A DNA stretch of 63,462 nucleotides, the filler included, from Aduncisulcus paluster (lineage: Eukaryota): the NCBI GenBank assembly GCA_024181965.1. It is 5 parts of 5 records of this genome, joined end to end, with 100 filler letters (N's around TTAATTAATTAA, not from the genome) between each part and the next. Parts side by side here need not be neighbours in the genome. Positions count along the whole stretch, not along the records: positions 38,462 to 54,382 come from BQXS01012735.1; 4 more parts are not named here. One strand, written 5' to 3'. Made by a program: the position numbers and the translations under genes. Below the pieces are notes generated by a model, which was not told the origin of the DNA, searched no databases, and saw only the letters and a program-made list of their open reading frames with translations. Below, in pieces: positions 43,689-54,482 of this stretch (its first letter is position 1; every line of letters begins with the position of its first letter).

Positions 43689-43923
43689 TTAAATGGGAAA
43701 AGAAATCTTCACTATTAACAAAATTTACATGACAATAATGACATTTAAAAACTGACATCACACCAAAAACGTCACTTTTCGCTGGAGCCTTATTCTGTCT
43801 GCATGTATTTACATGAATCTCGAAATTTAATTATTACTTAAATAGTATTGATTAAATGTATATTTTAAATCATGTATTATTATGTGATCAATATTTAAGA
43901 GTAAATCCTCCGGTTTTGTTTCA

Positions 43924-46900
43924 ATGGAAGAATTGTCCTCCTTCATTAAAGTATGTTTTGCTATTTAAGTGTATATCTAGATTAAATATCATATAATTTA
44001 GTTCCAATACTTATGTTGTTTCTTGATTGATGATTGCTTGTATATAGACCGGTTCTTTTGTAAATCTATATGGAACTAGTGATGGTGGAAAAACTTATTT
44101 AACTCGTAAAATTGAATCACAAATTCAATGTGATATCATTTCGCTGAATTCACTTCAAATCGGAAAATCAAATCTTATGCTGAAAGTAATGCAATCAAAG
44201 ATTCTTAATTTATATAAACATCCTTCAATACATCATTCATCTTTACATACTCCAAAAAGTACGACCGATATATTCTCATTATTGCAGAAGATATCTCCTC
44301 TCCAAAAACCTTTAGTTTTCCTCCTGGATTGTGGCAATAATCCTGATCAAAGCACTTGTGACCATGTATTATCCACTATATATTTGCTAGAACAATGGAA
44401 TTATGCTAGTATTGGCCATTATCTTGATTTCACACCCATATCAATTATATCTGTGTCAAGGACTCCAATGTCTCATCTATCTTCTTCTCTTCATAAAGAA
44501 ACGATTAAATATCTATGTTATTCCTCATTTTCATCGGAAACGATCCCACAATTCATTGAATCGGAATTGAAATCTCGATGTTATTCCAAACAAAAGCTTG
44601 AACAACAATTAACCATCGATTCTGTTTTAAAAAAAGAAATCCCTCCCAAAGATGATGACACGACTTCCTCTCCATCTTCCTCTTCCTCTTCTTCCTCTTC
44701 TTCACATCTATCTAGAAGATCTTGTCTTCCTGGTCATCATTCTCTTCCTGGTCATCATTCTCTTCCTGGTCATCATTCTCTTCCCACATCCTCTCCACTC
44801 CAGGTGATTGCACCTTCAATACATGGTACAAAAGTCAATCTGTGTGTCCCTGTTGACATTCCAAGCTATCGTTATGAATGTAAATACTTCACACAAGACT
44901 ACTCTCGCTGTATGGAGATATGCATTCCCTCTGAAACCTTTATATCTACCTTAGCCCAATACATTGCTAAAAATATGTTCATATATACCCGATCTGTGAC
45001 GTGTATTATCCGATTGGTTCGTGATATTGTGCCGTTAATACCCCAATGTGTATCAAAATGGGCTCTAAAGCGTGAGGAGAAACTTCGAATCTCTGAATGT
45101 TCCTCAAAGGAATTGAACATGAGGAAAGAACATGAGAAGCAGAGGAGAAAGAAGAGAGAGGAAGAGAGGAAAGGGAGGATTCGAAGAAAGAAAGAAGAGA
45201 AGGAGAGGGAGAAAAGAGAAGAAGAGAAGTGGAAATTAGAAGAGCAAAAGAGAGAGAGAGAGGAAAATCATTCAGATCAACAAAACGCACAAGAATCAAC
45301 ACACAAATCTCTAGTTGATCTGTATTATGCCCAAAAGGAGAAAGAAGAGCAGGAGAAAAAGGAGAGAGGAGAGCAGGAAACTGAAGAAGAAGAAGAAGAA
45401 GAAAAAGAAGAAGAAGAAGAGAAAGAAGAAGAAGAGGAAGAGGAAGAGGAAGAAGGCCTTGCAGATACTTCATTATATTCAGATAAAGATTCAATTGCTG
45501 GCCATTCTAAACTTGAAGAGTGTAGTTCAGGACAAGAACATGATGAATCTGTGGATAATGAATCTGCTCATTGTGTTATCTCAGACAGATCTATGATGAG
45601 CCAGTCATCAAGTTCTATTGCTCATAAAACAATAACGTATAATTCATCAAACATTATTCCTTTCCTTCATCGGCATATAATGTCCATCAGATCTTCTCTC
45701 CTCATCCATGATCACATGAGTAGTTCCAGTGCAAATGGTCATCACCATAGCAGTTCCTTGCAACACAAGGATAGCTCTACTCCGATTCATTGTCCTTCTA
45801 TCATCACAAATGGTTCCTCTGTGACCCAATCTTCCTCAGTGACCCCATCTTCCTCTTCTCTCTCTCACTCTTCTCTCTCTAGCTCTTGTTCATTTCTCGT
45901 GTCCCAATTCTTGGCATCTGCGCCCTCCCTATCCGTTCCTCTCTCACAAGTCCTGATCACATCTTATCTTATATCTGCACTGCCTCAGGCACGTGATAGT
46001 TCTTTGTATGAAAGCAACAAGAAGAATAGAAAAAGGAAGAAGAAGGCCGGGAAAGGCAGATTGTCTGATAACGATGGCGATGATGTGTTTTCAAAAGTCG
46101 GAGAAGGTAGAAATGCATATGCCGGAATTAAATTTCCACTCTCAAGAATGATATCGGTCTATTGTTCTCTGTGGATGAAGGAAGAAGTACAATTGAGAAT
46201 GCCGGAAAAGAGTGGAGGTAGCAGTGGGAAATGTTCAAAACAAAATGCCGGAACTTCTGAGATGTTTGGAGGAATTGAATTTGAAGACGATTGGTTTTCT
46301 CAAGTGTGTGAAAATCCTCTTAAAAGGGCCCTTAAACGACGCCATTCTCCTTCCATTGTCCAAGAAGATATAGGAATTGAGCAGAAATTAAAGTATGGTG
46401 GAATAAGCTATGTTGATAGAACCCATGTTTCTCATGGAGATGATCCAAAAAAGGAAGAAGAAGGCCGGGAAAGGCAGATTGTCTGATAACGATGGCGATG
46501 ATGTGTTTTCAAAAGTCGGAGAAGGTAGAAATGCATATGCCGGAATTAAATTTCCACTCTCAAGAATGATATCGGTCTATTGTTCTCTGTGGATGAAGGA
46601 AGAAGTACAATTGAGAATGCCGGAAAAGAGTGGAGGTAGCAGTGGGAAATGTTCAAAACAAAATGCCGGAACTTCTGAGATGTTTGGAGGAATTGAATTT
46701 GAAGACGATTGGTTTTCTCAAGTGTGTGAAAATCCTCTTAAAAGGGCCCTTAAACGACGCCATTCTCCTTCCATTGTCCAAGAAGATATAGGAATTGAGC
46801 AGAAATTAAAGTATGGTGGAATAAGCTATGTTGATAGAACCCATGTTTCTCATGGAGATGATCCAAAAAAGGAAGAGAAACAATCGTCTACAAATCCAAA

Positions 46901-47147
46901 TCAAATATTTAAACATTGGATTAAATATACTGAAGCTTCCGAACGTAAGGATGATCATTGGTTGGATTCTTTACTTTCAAATTTCAGAATTCTGATACAA
47001 TTGGGTTTTGTTAAGCAATTAAATCATTCAAAAATAATTCCAATTTATGAAACAAAGTATGTTTTTGTTGGCGATTCTTCAATGGTACGTGTAGTTGCTG
47101 CTGAAATTGATTTTGATCTAGATTCCCTTTTAACAGCCGAGGAATAG
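43924..47147 (+). CDS. ORC5: Origin recognition complex subunit 5-like
   Basis: Exon 1 43924-43950; intron 43951-44047; Walker A NLYGTSDGGKT. ORC5_C-like segments LITSYLIS, KFPLSRMISVY and LSNFRILIQLGF…TKY…VRVVAAEIDFDL. A 418-bp tandem duplication near 46030-46870 breaks the frame. Confidence 0.75.
44725..44785 (+). repeat. 18-bp coding tandem repeat (LPGHHS x3)
   Basis: TCTTCCTGGTCATCATTC repeated three times. Confidence 0.85.
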
Positions 47148-47422
47148 ATAGTCACGATTATTTCCGATTAAAAGAATGATGATATAATTCATCCCACGGT
47201 TCGAGTTTTTGATTTGAAAGGGAATACGTTCATCGTATAAAAGAAGTTCTCTCAAGTTAATTACTTCGATTTAATAAAGAACTAGTCTTATTCTCAAATT
47301 AAATTAATGTGATTAATAAAGATTAGCTTTTCTTTTTTTTGTTTATTCTAAAATACAACGATCCACCGACATTTCAATTTCAAAAAAAAAAATTTCCTGT
47401 TTTGATTCATTTTGAAAGATCC

Positions 47423-48304
47423 ATGAGGCTTCAAATAATTTATTTGAGTATTTTATTGCTTTCTTGTTTCATTCTTGGAGCGTTTGCCGCTCCTTATGCC
47501 GTTCTTGTTGCTGGCTCATCGGGATGGGAAAATTATGCTCATCAATCAACAGTTTACCAGGCATACCATGATCTTATTGGAAGAGGTTTCCCCATTTCTA
47601 ATATCATTACCATGGCTGTGAATGATATTATTGACAATCCAATGAATCCTTATCCTGGTGTTGTTCAGGCATATCCTAATGGTCCCAACGTTGCCTCCAC
47701 TTTTAATGTCGATTATATCGGCAATGACGTTACTGCTCTGAACTTTTCGAATGTTCTCCAAGGATTTATTCCAGTTTGCAACAATGCTTGCACCTATCGT
47801 GTCATCCCCCCCAACAATTTTGACGAAGTTTTTGTGTTCTTTGTTGGTTATGGTGGGTATGAATTTATTAATTTCCCGTATGGTGGTCCTCTCGATGCAC
47901 TGAGTCTTTCCAATATTATATCATCAATGTATTTTGGAATGACTTACTCTAAAATGGTAATTGTAATCGATGCTCCCCAGTCGGGCTCTATGTTTAAGTA
48001 TATCGATGCCAATTTCCATGTTCTTGGTATCGCTTCATCATTAGAAACAGAGTCAAGTTGGACTTCCTACCCAGATACCATCAGAGGAGTCAATCTATCC
48101 ACCCTCTTTGGATCTTCCCTTTTAAATGAGCTTAGAGTACATAAAGATGATCTTTACACCACGTGGCAGAGTATTTATGACGCTACTTATCATTGGTGTG
48201 GAGACTATCAACATCCAGTAGGATTTGGAGATTTGGATATCGCAAATGACTACGTTTTTGGTTATTTCGATGTTCCTGATCTTCAAAGAGATTATGGATT
48301 ATAA
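47423..48304 (+). CDS. Legumain-like (peptidase C13) protein, catalytic dyad substituted
   Basis: Signal peptide; YAVLVAGSSGWENYAHQ, NPMNPYPG, VDYIGNDVT. VFFVGYGG replaces the D-H-G motif and IDAPQSGSM replaces EACESGSM. Confidence 0.88.
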   Translation: MRLQIIYLSILLLSCFILGAFAAPYAVLVAGSSGWENYAHQSTVYQAYHDLIGRGFPISNIITMAVNDIIDNPMNPYPGVVQAYPNGPNVASTFNVDYIGNDVTALNFSNVLQGFIPVCNNACTYRVIPPNNFDEVFVFFVGYGGYEFINFPYGGPLDALSLSNIISSMYFGMTYSKMVIVIDAPQSGSMFKYIDANFHVLGIASSLETESSWTSYPDTIRGVNLSTLFGSSLLNELRVHKDDLYTTWQSIYDATYHWCGDYQHPVGFGDLDIANDYVFGYFDVPDLQRDYGL

Positions 48305-48739
48305 TAATTATCCTGTATTTTATGAGATATCTATTTCCCATATGCTTTAAAAAAGACTTTTTCTGTTTCGTCATATGTTTATAAATTTCTTGATTGGTTA
48401 AGTGTGTCACTGATCTTATGGCCGTTATTTCTTACATTTATGAATTTTACAATACTATTAATAAACTCTTGAAAGATTTTTGTATCTTTACTTCTGGAGA
48501 CTCAAATAATTGATTTATCAGATAATCATAGAATGAAACCATTTAATGACTCATTAAGAATTGTCTTTAAGCCCTTGAAACTCCTCAAAAAACTATCCAA
48601 AATTGGAATTGAAAGCCGAGTGTCGTTTTGTAGTATAAGAAAATATTTCTGATATTCTATTATATTTTTTTACCTTCTATTTGCAAATAATTAACCAGAT
48701 CTCACAATATATTTCTTCCTTTGATATAATTTCTATCGT

Positions 48740-50521
48740 ATGCCAGCAGTTTGTTTTGAAGGTATTGATCCTGATGCATTTATAACAGAAGAAGGCCATC
48801 AACGCGCTATTGAACTGTAAGTTTAGATATATATTTTGAAAAAAGCATTTTATCTTTCGATATCATTCTTATTTTTATTTTTTTTCTGATTCTTGCCCAT
48901 TCTCAGTCAATGCCCGATATGTTTAACTGTAAATCTAGACATGGTAAAAACTTCATGCAATCATATGTATTGTCGGAAATGTTTCCATAAAATTTGGAGA
49001 TATCCATCCATTTCCTGTCCTATGTGTCGTAAGAAAGTGAAATCATATCGTAACGTCTCAATCCGATCTGAGCTATGCACCATCACAGCCAAATGTCCCA
49101 ATCATATCCATGGATGTAATGTTATCGATTGTATTCCTGCGCTTGAGCATCACTTAATCACATGTTTGGGTGTTCAGACAGAAATCGATCCTGAGTGCCT
49201 TGTTTTCCTTCGAGAAACGTCAGATCCAGACTCATGCCAAAAAGATTTCATTAAATTTCAGAAGAAAGGACTCTGGTTAAGCGCTTTGTATATTCTCTTT
49301 GTTTCTCTCCCTTTCCTTGTGATAGGGCTGGTCCCTTCAAAATATTTTTTCAGTGCATTCCAATTGCCAACGTGGGGAGTGTTTATGCTGGCTATTTCTG
49401 GATCCCTTGCATCTCTCATGCTCTCATTTGGGATTCAATACAAACGTGGCTCGATCACTCTTGAGAATGCCGGAATGATGAGTATTAGATATTTTATCAC
49501 CTTTTGTGGCATTGTTTTGATATCAATAACTGGATATATTGGTATATATAAAATGTTTTTGCCCGGAGATGATGTTGACATTTATTGCATGCCTATACTC
49601 GAATGGATGCGACATACAACAGTCGCTCCAAGTCAATATGTTCCATATGTGTTCTTTTTCTCACCTACTCTTCTATTTTTATCCATATTATATGTTATAA
49701 CCATTGTTTCTCACCTTGCTGTTGGAGCCAATAAGAAGCTTCTGATGGTTGTTATAACATGGCTTCCGATTCAGATCATTCATCTTACATCCTTTATTTT
49801 ATACCATTTTTACGTCCAGTTTAACTTTATCTCGGGCATTTCCTGGTATTCCATCCTCTTGAACTTCCAGACAATTGGTATGGGGGCCTTCTGTGTCCTC
49901 CTTGTGATAGCTGCCCCTTTGGCATGCGTAGGGCTTGCATCTGCCATCTCGGATATGTTCAATGCAACCTCGTCTGGCGATGGGACTCGTCCTGACGTGG
50001 ACAGTGTGATCGCACAGAAGAAGACAGACGCACTCAGAGCCATTGTATCCCATGCAATAGACATCGCCCTGAGGGAAGGGAAGACGAGGAAGGAGAAGGG
50101 AGAGAAGATAATAGAGGAATTGAGAAAGTACGATGTTCACTCTGCTACTCAAAAACTCCATTTGATACAATCTGAGTGCAAAAGGAAGAGCATACAGAAA
50201 CCTTTGGAGGCTCTCGAAGGATTGGCACTGTCAGAAGTGGCTCTATTGGGTGCAATGACATTCCTGAGTAACTTGGGGCTAATTTTAGCTTACTTTCTCA
50301 TGCTGAATGTTATTCTTGTTGTTGTTGGGAAATTGGATATCAAATCATATTTCAGATCTTTATATTATTGGTTTGCCGGAGTCACTCCCCAACCTGTTCC
50401 TGAGCCTTTGTTTGGACATTTAACCCCTCACCAACCATCTACCTCGCATGCCCTTAGTTCTTCACAAGAGAGAGAAGAGGAAGAGAGAGAAGAAGAAGAA
50501 GAGGAGGAAGAAGACGAGTAG
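48740..50521 (+). CDS. RING-HC/TRAF-type zinc finger E3 ligase with multi-pass membrane domain
   Basis: CPIC…CNHMYCRKC…CPMC, then CPNHIHGC…HHLITC, then about 7-8 TM helices. Exon 1 48740-48816; intron 48817-48906 (GTAAGT…TCAG). Confidence 0.85.
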
Positions 50522-50593
50522 AAATATTATTATTTTTGAATTGATATTATTGAATTTCATTTTCATTTTCACTCGCTCTTTCATTTATTTTTT

Positions 50594-50802
50594 GTATAGT
50601 ATAGTACAGTACAGTAAGATACAGTATACGTGTTATTTGGATACAGTAAGACAGTATAGTTTTTTGTATAGTATAGTACAGTATTCAGCAATAATTCATT
50701 TATTTTGGTTCTACCCTTCAATAGAGTATGAATAGGTGAACAGGAAAGTATAGTATTGTATAGTATAGTATAGTACAGTATAGTACAGTATAGTATAGTA
50801 TA
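50594..50802. repeat. Degenerate (TATAG/TACAG)n pentamer satellite
   Basis: Several TAYAG runs between the RING gene and the GCL relic. Confidence 0.85.
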
Positions 50803-50814
50803 CTGTTCGAATAG

Positions 50815-51104
50815 ATGGAGTATTAATAATCGGAAAAATACTACCCCATTGGTCGAATTCATTAAAACTCATGGAATCGTTGAATTTTTACTTTTATATA
50901 AGGCATACTCCAAGATTCAATCCCAATTCAAATGCTCCTACAGGGTTTCCTCGACTTGGAGTGAAAGATTTTACTTTCCCAAGTCACAAATCGCATGCTC
51001 CAATCATTCAATCGTGGTTTATTCCTGATAATATATTATATCCGCACGAAAGATTCGCTACATTGACAAATAATATTCGAGATAGACGAGGGGAGAAGGT
51101 GAGT
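50815..51104 (+). pseudogene. GCLC: Fragmented glutamate-cysteine ligase catalytic subunit relic
   Basis: Three collinear pieces with frame breaks: GVLIIGKILPHW (cf. MGLLSQGSPLSW), FIKTHGIVEFLLLYKA (cf. HVRRHGILQFLHIYHA), FPRLG…HERFATLTNNIRDRRGEK (cf. FPRLG…HPRFSTLTRNIRHRRGEK). Ends at a GTGAGT donor. Confidence 0.8.
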
Positions 51105-51706
51105 TTTGGTTCCTTTGTTTGTCGATGTAAATACTGAGAGTATACAGTATGTGCTATGAAAAAAATCTATATCGTCGATGCTATTCATGTTGGAATTAGT
51201 AATATTTTTCACATATATTGTATCTTTTCCCAATGATCATGTGAGGGTATTGATCATCAATCGCTATCAGATCATAGTACGATCACTCCAAGACAAGAAC
51301 ATTATGCGGCCGAAATTGGGAAAGTTGATAAAAAATACATTTTTCAATTAATATGTATAAAATATTGGACATTCAACTCTTCAATTTTGACTCAAACTGA
51401 AGAAGTTAGGTTGAAATTCGAGTTGTCCCCTAAATAACGATAGTTTCGACATAAGATTATCAATAATAAATCTTTTATGGATATATTTGACTATTATCCT
51501 TTCTAATTTATTAAAATATATTCCATTTCCTTCAGAACAAACCCCACTTTCCTACAGGTCGAGTAAAAATTAAACGGAGACAAGCATCCAACAAAAAAAA
51601 TGTAATCGCATGCGTTAATTCATTTGATTATACTACAACCTAGCTACGCATAGTATTCATAGAAGAATTCTTTTTTCGCTGATTAGATGTTATTGGTTAA
51701 CATAAC

Positions 51707-52906
51707 ATGTCCTATAAACTCAAGAATTTAGGATATTGTCTCATTCCTACAGCATCTAGCACTGCTTCAAGTGCTCATTATATTGCCGTCCCACCGATCT
51801 CCCAGAAGGCTTTTTCAATGGATACAATCAACAAACAGATCACTACACCATATAATCCCGCTTGGTTTGGTTCATCCCTCTCTTCTTCTGAATATGCCCA
51901 CGTTTCAGGCCGTTTAAACCAAGCTGCTGCCAGTTTTAATCCTGAGCGAAGATATTCCTTAGATGTTAGACGAGCAGTTGGATCTGCGCCAAAAGGTTGC
52001 TGCACGAAATGTAGTGAAGATCCAAATGGCCCTCTTCTTATGATTGGTTTAATTCTTGGAATCATCGGGTTATGTTTGATCATTGCCGGTATTGTGCTTG
52101 TTATCACTGTTTCTTGGATTCCTCTTATTCCATTGGCTACGAATGGTGGATTTCTGTTGCTTTTTGGACTGATTATGGGTTGTACCGGCCGAGGAGCTGG
52201 TCATCGTCGTAAATACCACCCAACCCATTTCTACAATCATTGCCAATTGGTATGCACTGACCTCAACCAAATGCTTATGCCCCGTGGTCTCTATATCATG
52301 GTTGGAGCCAGTTGTTATGATACTGTCAAACTCTCAAATGATACGTCCCTTGAGTTGTTCTTTATTGTCAGTAAGATAAAACCGAGAGAATCCAGGATTG
52401 CCCTCGAGTCTGCTGAACATCTGCTTGGCAATGCCATCCCATTGTTCGCTGCTGCCAAGACTGCCGCTGGCGTGATCAGTTCGATGTCAGAATCTGTCTC
52501 TCAGAACAATATGTATGAAACTCCTGAAGCCGTTATCAGCAATGCTCAGCGTATGCCCATTATTGGTGAACTTACATCTGGAATTTCTCGTGATTTTGAC
52601 ACCGGTGTGGTCCTTTCTGAATTGTTCGGCAAGAAAGGTGCAGCTGGAGCCAGTGGAATGGGTGGGTCAGGAGGAGGTTCTCCGTTATTCTCAACACGTT
52701 CGACGACGGAGATCTCTCCTGATGGCAAGAGAACCAGAATAACAACAACTTCTGGGTCTTTCTCCACTGCTTCAACATCATTCCATGGACCAGGTCAAGT
52801 TGATCAGACCTTCCATAATCCTCCCCCAATGACAGGTGGAGACAATGGACTCTACCCTGATGACGATATGGCGTATGTTCCTGCAGGATCTGCTCCTTAT
52901 TTGTAA
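51707..52906 (+). CDS. Membrane protein with Cys-rich juxtamembrane segment (weakly Erf4/golgin-A7-like)
   Basis: 399-codon ORF; two TM helices after GCCTKC; Gly/Pro-rich tail. Confidence 0.75.
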   Translation: MSYKLKNLGYCLIPTASSTASSAHYIAVPPISQKAFSMDTINKQITTPYNPAWFGSSLSSSEYAHVSGRLNQAAASFNPERRYSLDVRRAVGSAPKGCCTKCSEDPNGPLLMIGLILGIIGLCLIIAGIVLVITVSWIPLIPLATNGGFLLLFGLIMGCTGRGAGHRRKYHPTHFYNHCQLVCTDLNQMLMPRGLYIMVGASCYDTVKLSNDTSLELFFIVSKIKPRESRIALESAEHLLGNAIPLFAAAKTAAGVISSMSESVSQNNMYETPEAVISNAQRMPIIGELTSGISRDFDTGVVLSELFGKKGAAGASGMGGSGGGSPLFSTRSTTEISPDGKRTRITTTSGSFSTASTSFHGPGQVDQTFHNPPPMTGGDNGLYPDDDMAYVPAGSAPYL

Positions 52907-54028
52907 AGTTAACACACATAATACCTCACCTTTTCCATGGCATATGGCTGATATTATAATAATAATCCATTTTAATCTATTTCAAGGTGTATATTTAATG
53001 TCATGGAATTGAAAAGTTGTTAATCGTTATTTCTTTTTTTTTTTGCTTTTCTTCTGAGTGGATAATATCAAGCTCAAGATATTGTTTTTATAGATATTCA
53101 TTTTATTATCGTGTTCCCTTTCTTTTCTTTTTCCTTTACGTTGTCCTATTGATATTATTAACGTATTTGATCGCTCACCAGGGCTTCCAATGAAAGTATC
53201 CTCTGTCTCACTTGAGCGAGACAGGCATTTTTGGTTGCCTTGATTCCAATACACTTCACATCGTTCAATAAACAAACAAATACAAAAGCAATAAAATGTT
53301 TTTTGACGATCATCAATTTATTCGAAAAGATACGTTGGAATTTGATAGATCTTGAAGACTGAGTATTTTGTCACTGAATGACAAAAATACAATCTGTCAG
53401 AATCCGATTCTGCCTCGGATGTTTTGGCATACGAGAGCATCATTTTCTATGTTTCTCCTCGTGAGCAAAAAAAAAAATTCTAAATTCAGTTTAGTTACGA
53501 CGATAATGATCTTCTTGAGTGGTCTTCCCCACTCTTTTCCCACTTGTTTTCTATTTTCTCTTGCCAGTGGTTTTGGCGATGTGTCATATTTTTCTAGAGA
53601 TAGTAGAAATACTTGTTATGTATCATATTTTTTTGAAGGGGCGGAATTAGAAGCTCTTTTAGGGTTTTCAAGTCTGTGTTTTCAAGACAAGTATATCTCG
53701 GCAATCCGCTGTCAAATAGAAGACAAAACAAAACATAATCCTGAAAATCCTACTCTATCTGTGCTATCTCACGATGATCATGTGTTTTCATCTTTCGAAG
53801 AAGGAGATAAGGAAAGCCATTTTTTTAGTCATACTGGTGCAGAGATATCGATTTCTTCTTCAACAGGAATTTCCTCTTCAATTTCTGCGAGTTGCCCAAG
53901 TGAACTTTGTTCTTCACAATCTTCTAATTCTTGGCTGGGCTCTTCTATTCCTGCTATCCTGATTCTTGATGAGCAAAGCGATGATGATTGAGCTCATATT
54001 CTATTACANNNNNNNNNNNNNNNNNNNN

Positions 54029-54382
54029 AATAGAAAAAGGAAGAAGAAGGCCGGGAAAGGCAGATTGTCTGATAACGATGGCGATGATGTGTTTTCAAAA
54101 GTCGGAGAAGGTAGAAATGCATATGCCGGAATTAAATTTCCACTCTCAAGAATGATATCGGTCTATTGTTCTCTGTGGATGAAGGAAGAAGTACAATTGA
54201 GAATGCCGGAAAAGAGTGGAGGTAGCAGGGGGAAATGTTCAAAACAAAATGCCGGAACTTCTGAGATGTTTGGAGGAATTGAATTTGAAGACGATTGGTT
54301 TTCTCAAGTGTGTGAAAATCCTCTTAAAAGGGCCCTTAAACGACGCCATTCTCCTTCCATTGTCCAAGAAGATATAGGAATT
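54029..54382 (+). repeat. Third copy of the ORC5 internal segment
   Basis: Matches 46025-46378 with one visible substitution (AGCAGG vs AGCAGT); bounded by N gaps. Confidence 0.9.
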
Positions 54383-54482
54383 NNNNNNNNNNNNNNNNNN
54401 NNNNNNNNNNNNNNNNNNNNNNNNNNTTAATTAATTAANNNNNNNNNNNNNNNNNNNNNNNNNNNNNNNNNNNNNNNNNNNN
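54383..54482. other. Artificial contig linker
   Basis: N44-TTAATTAATTAA-N44. Confidence 0.97.

Noticed and set aside
53150..54008. Minus-strand frame with several in-frame TGA codons suggesting UGA=Trp
   Set aside because: The frame also contains TAA and TGG, needs a frameshift, mirrors TCA/Ser codons of the plus-strand ORF, and clear genes here end in TGA. More likely a decayed gene of uncertain strand.
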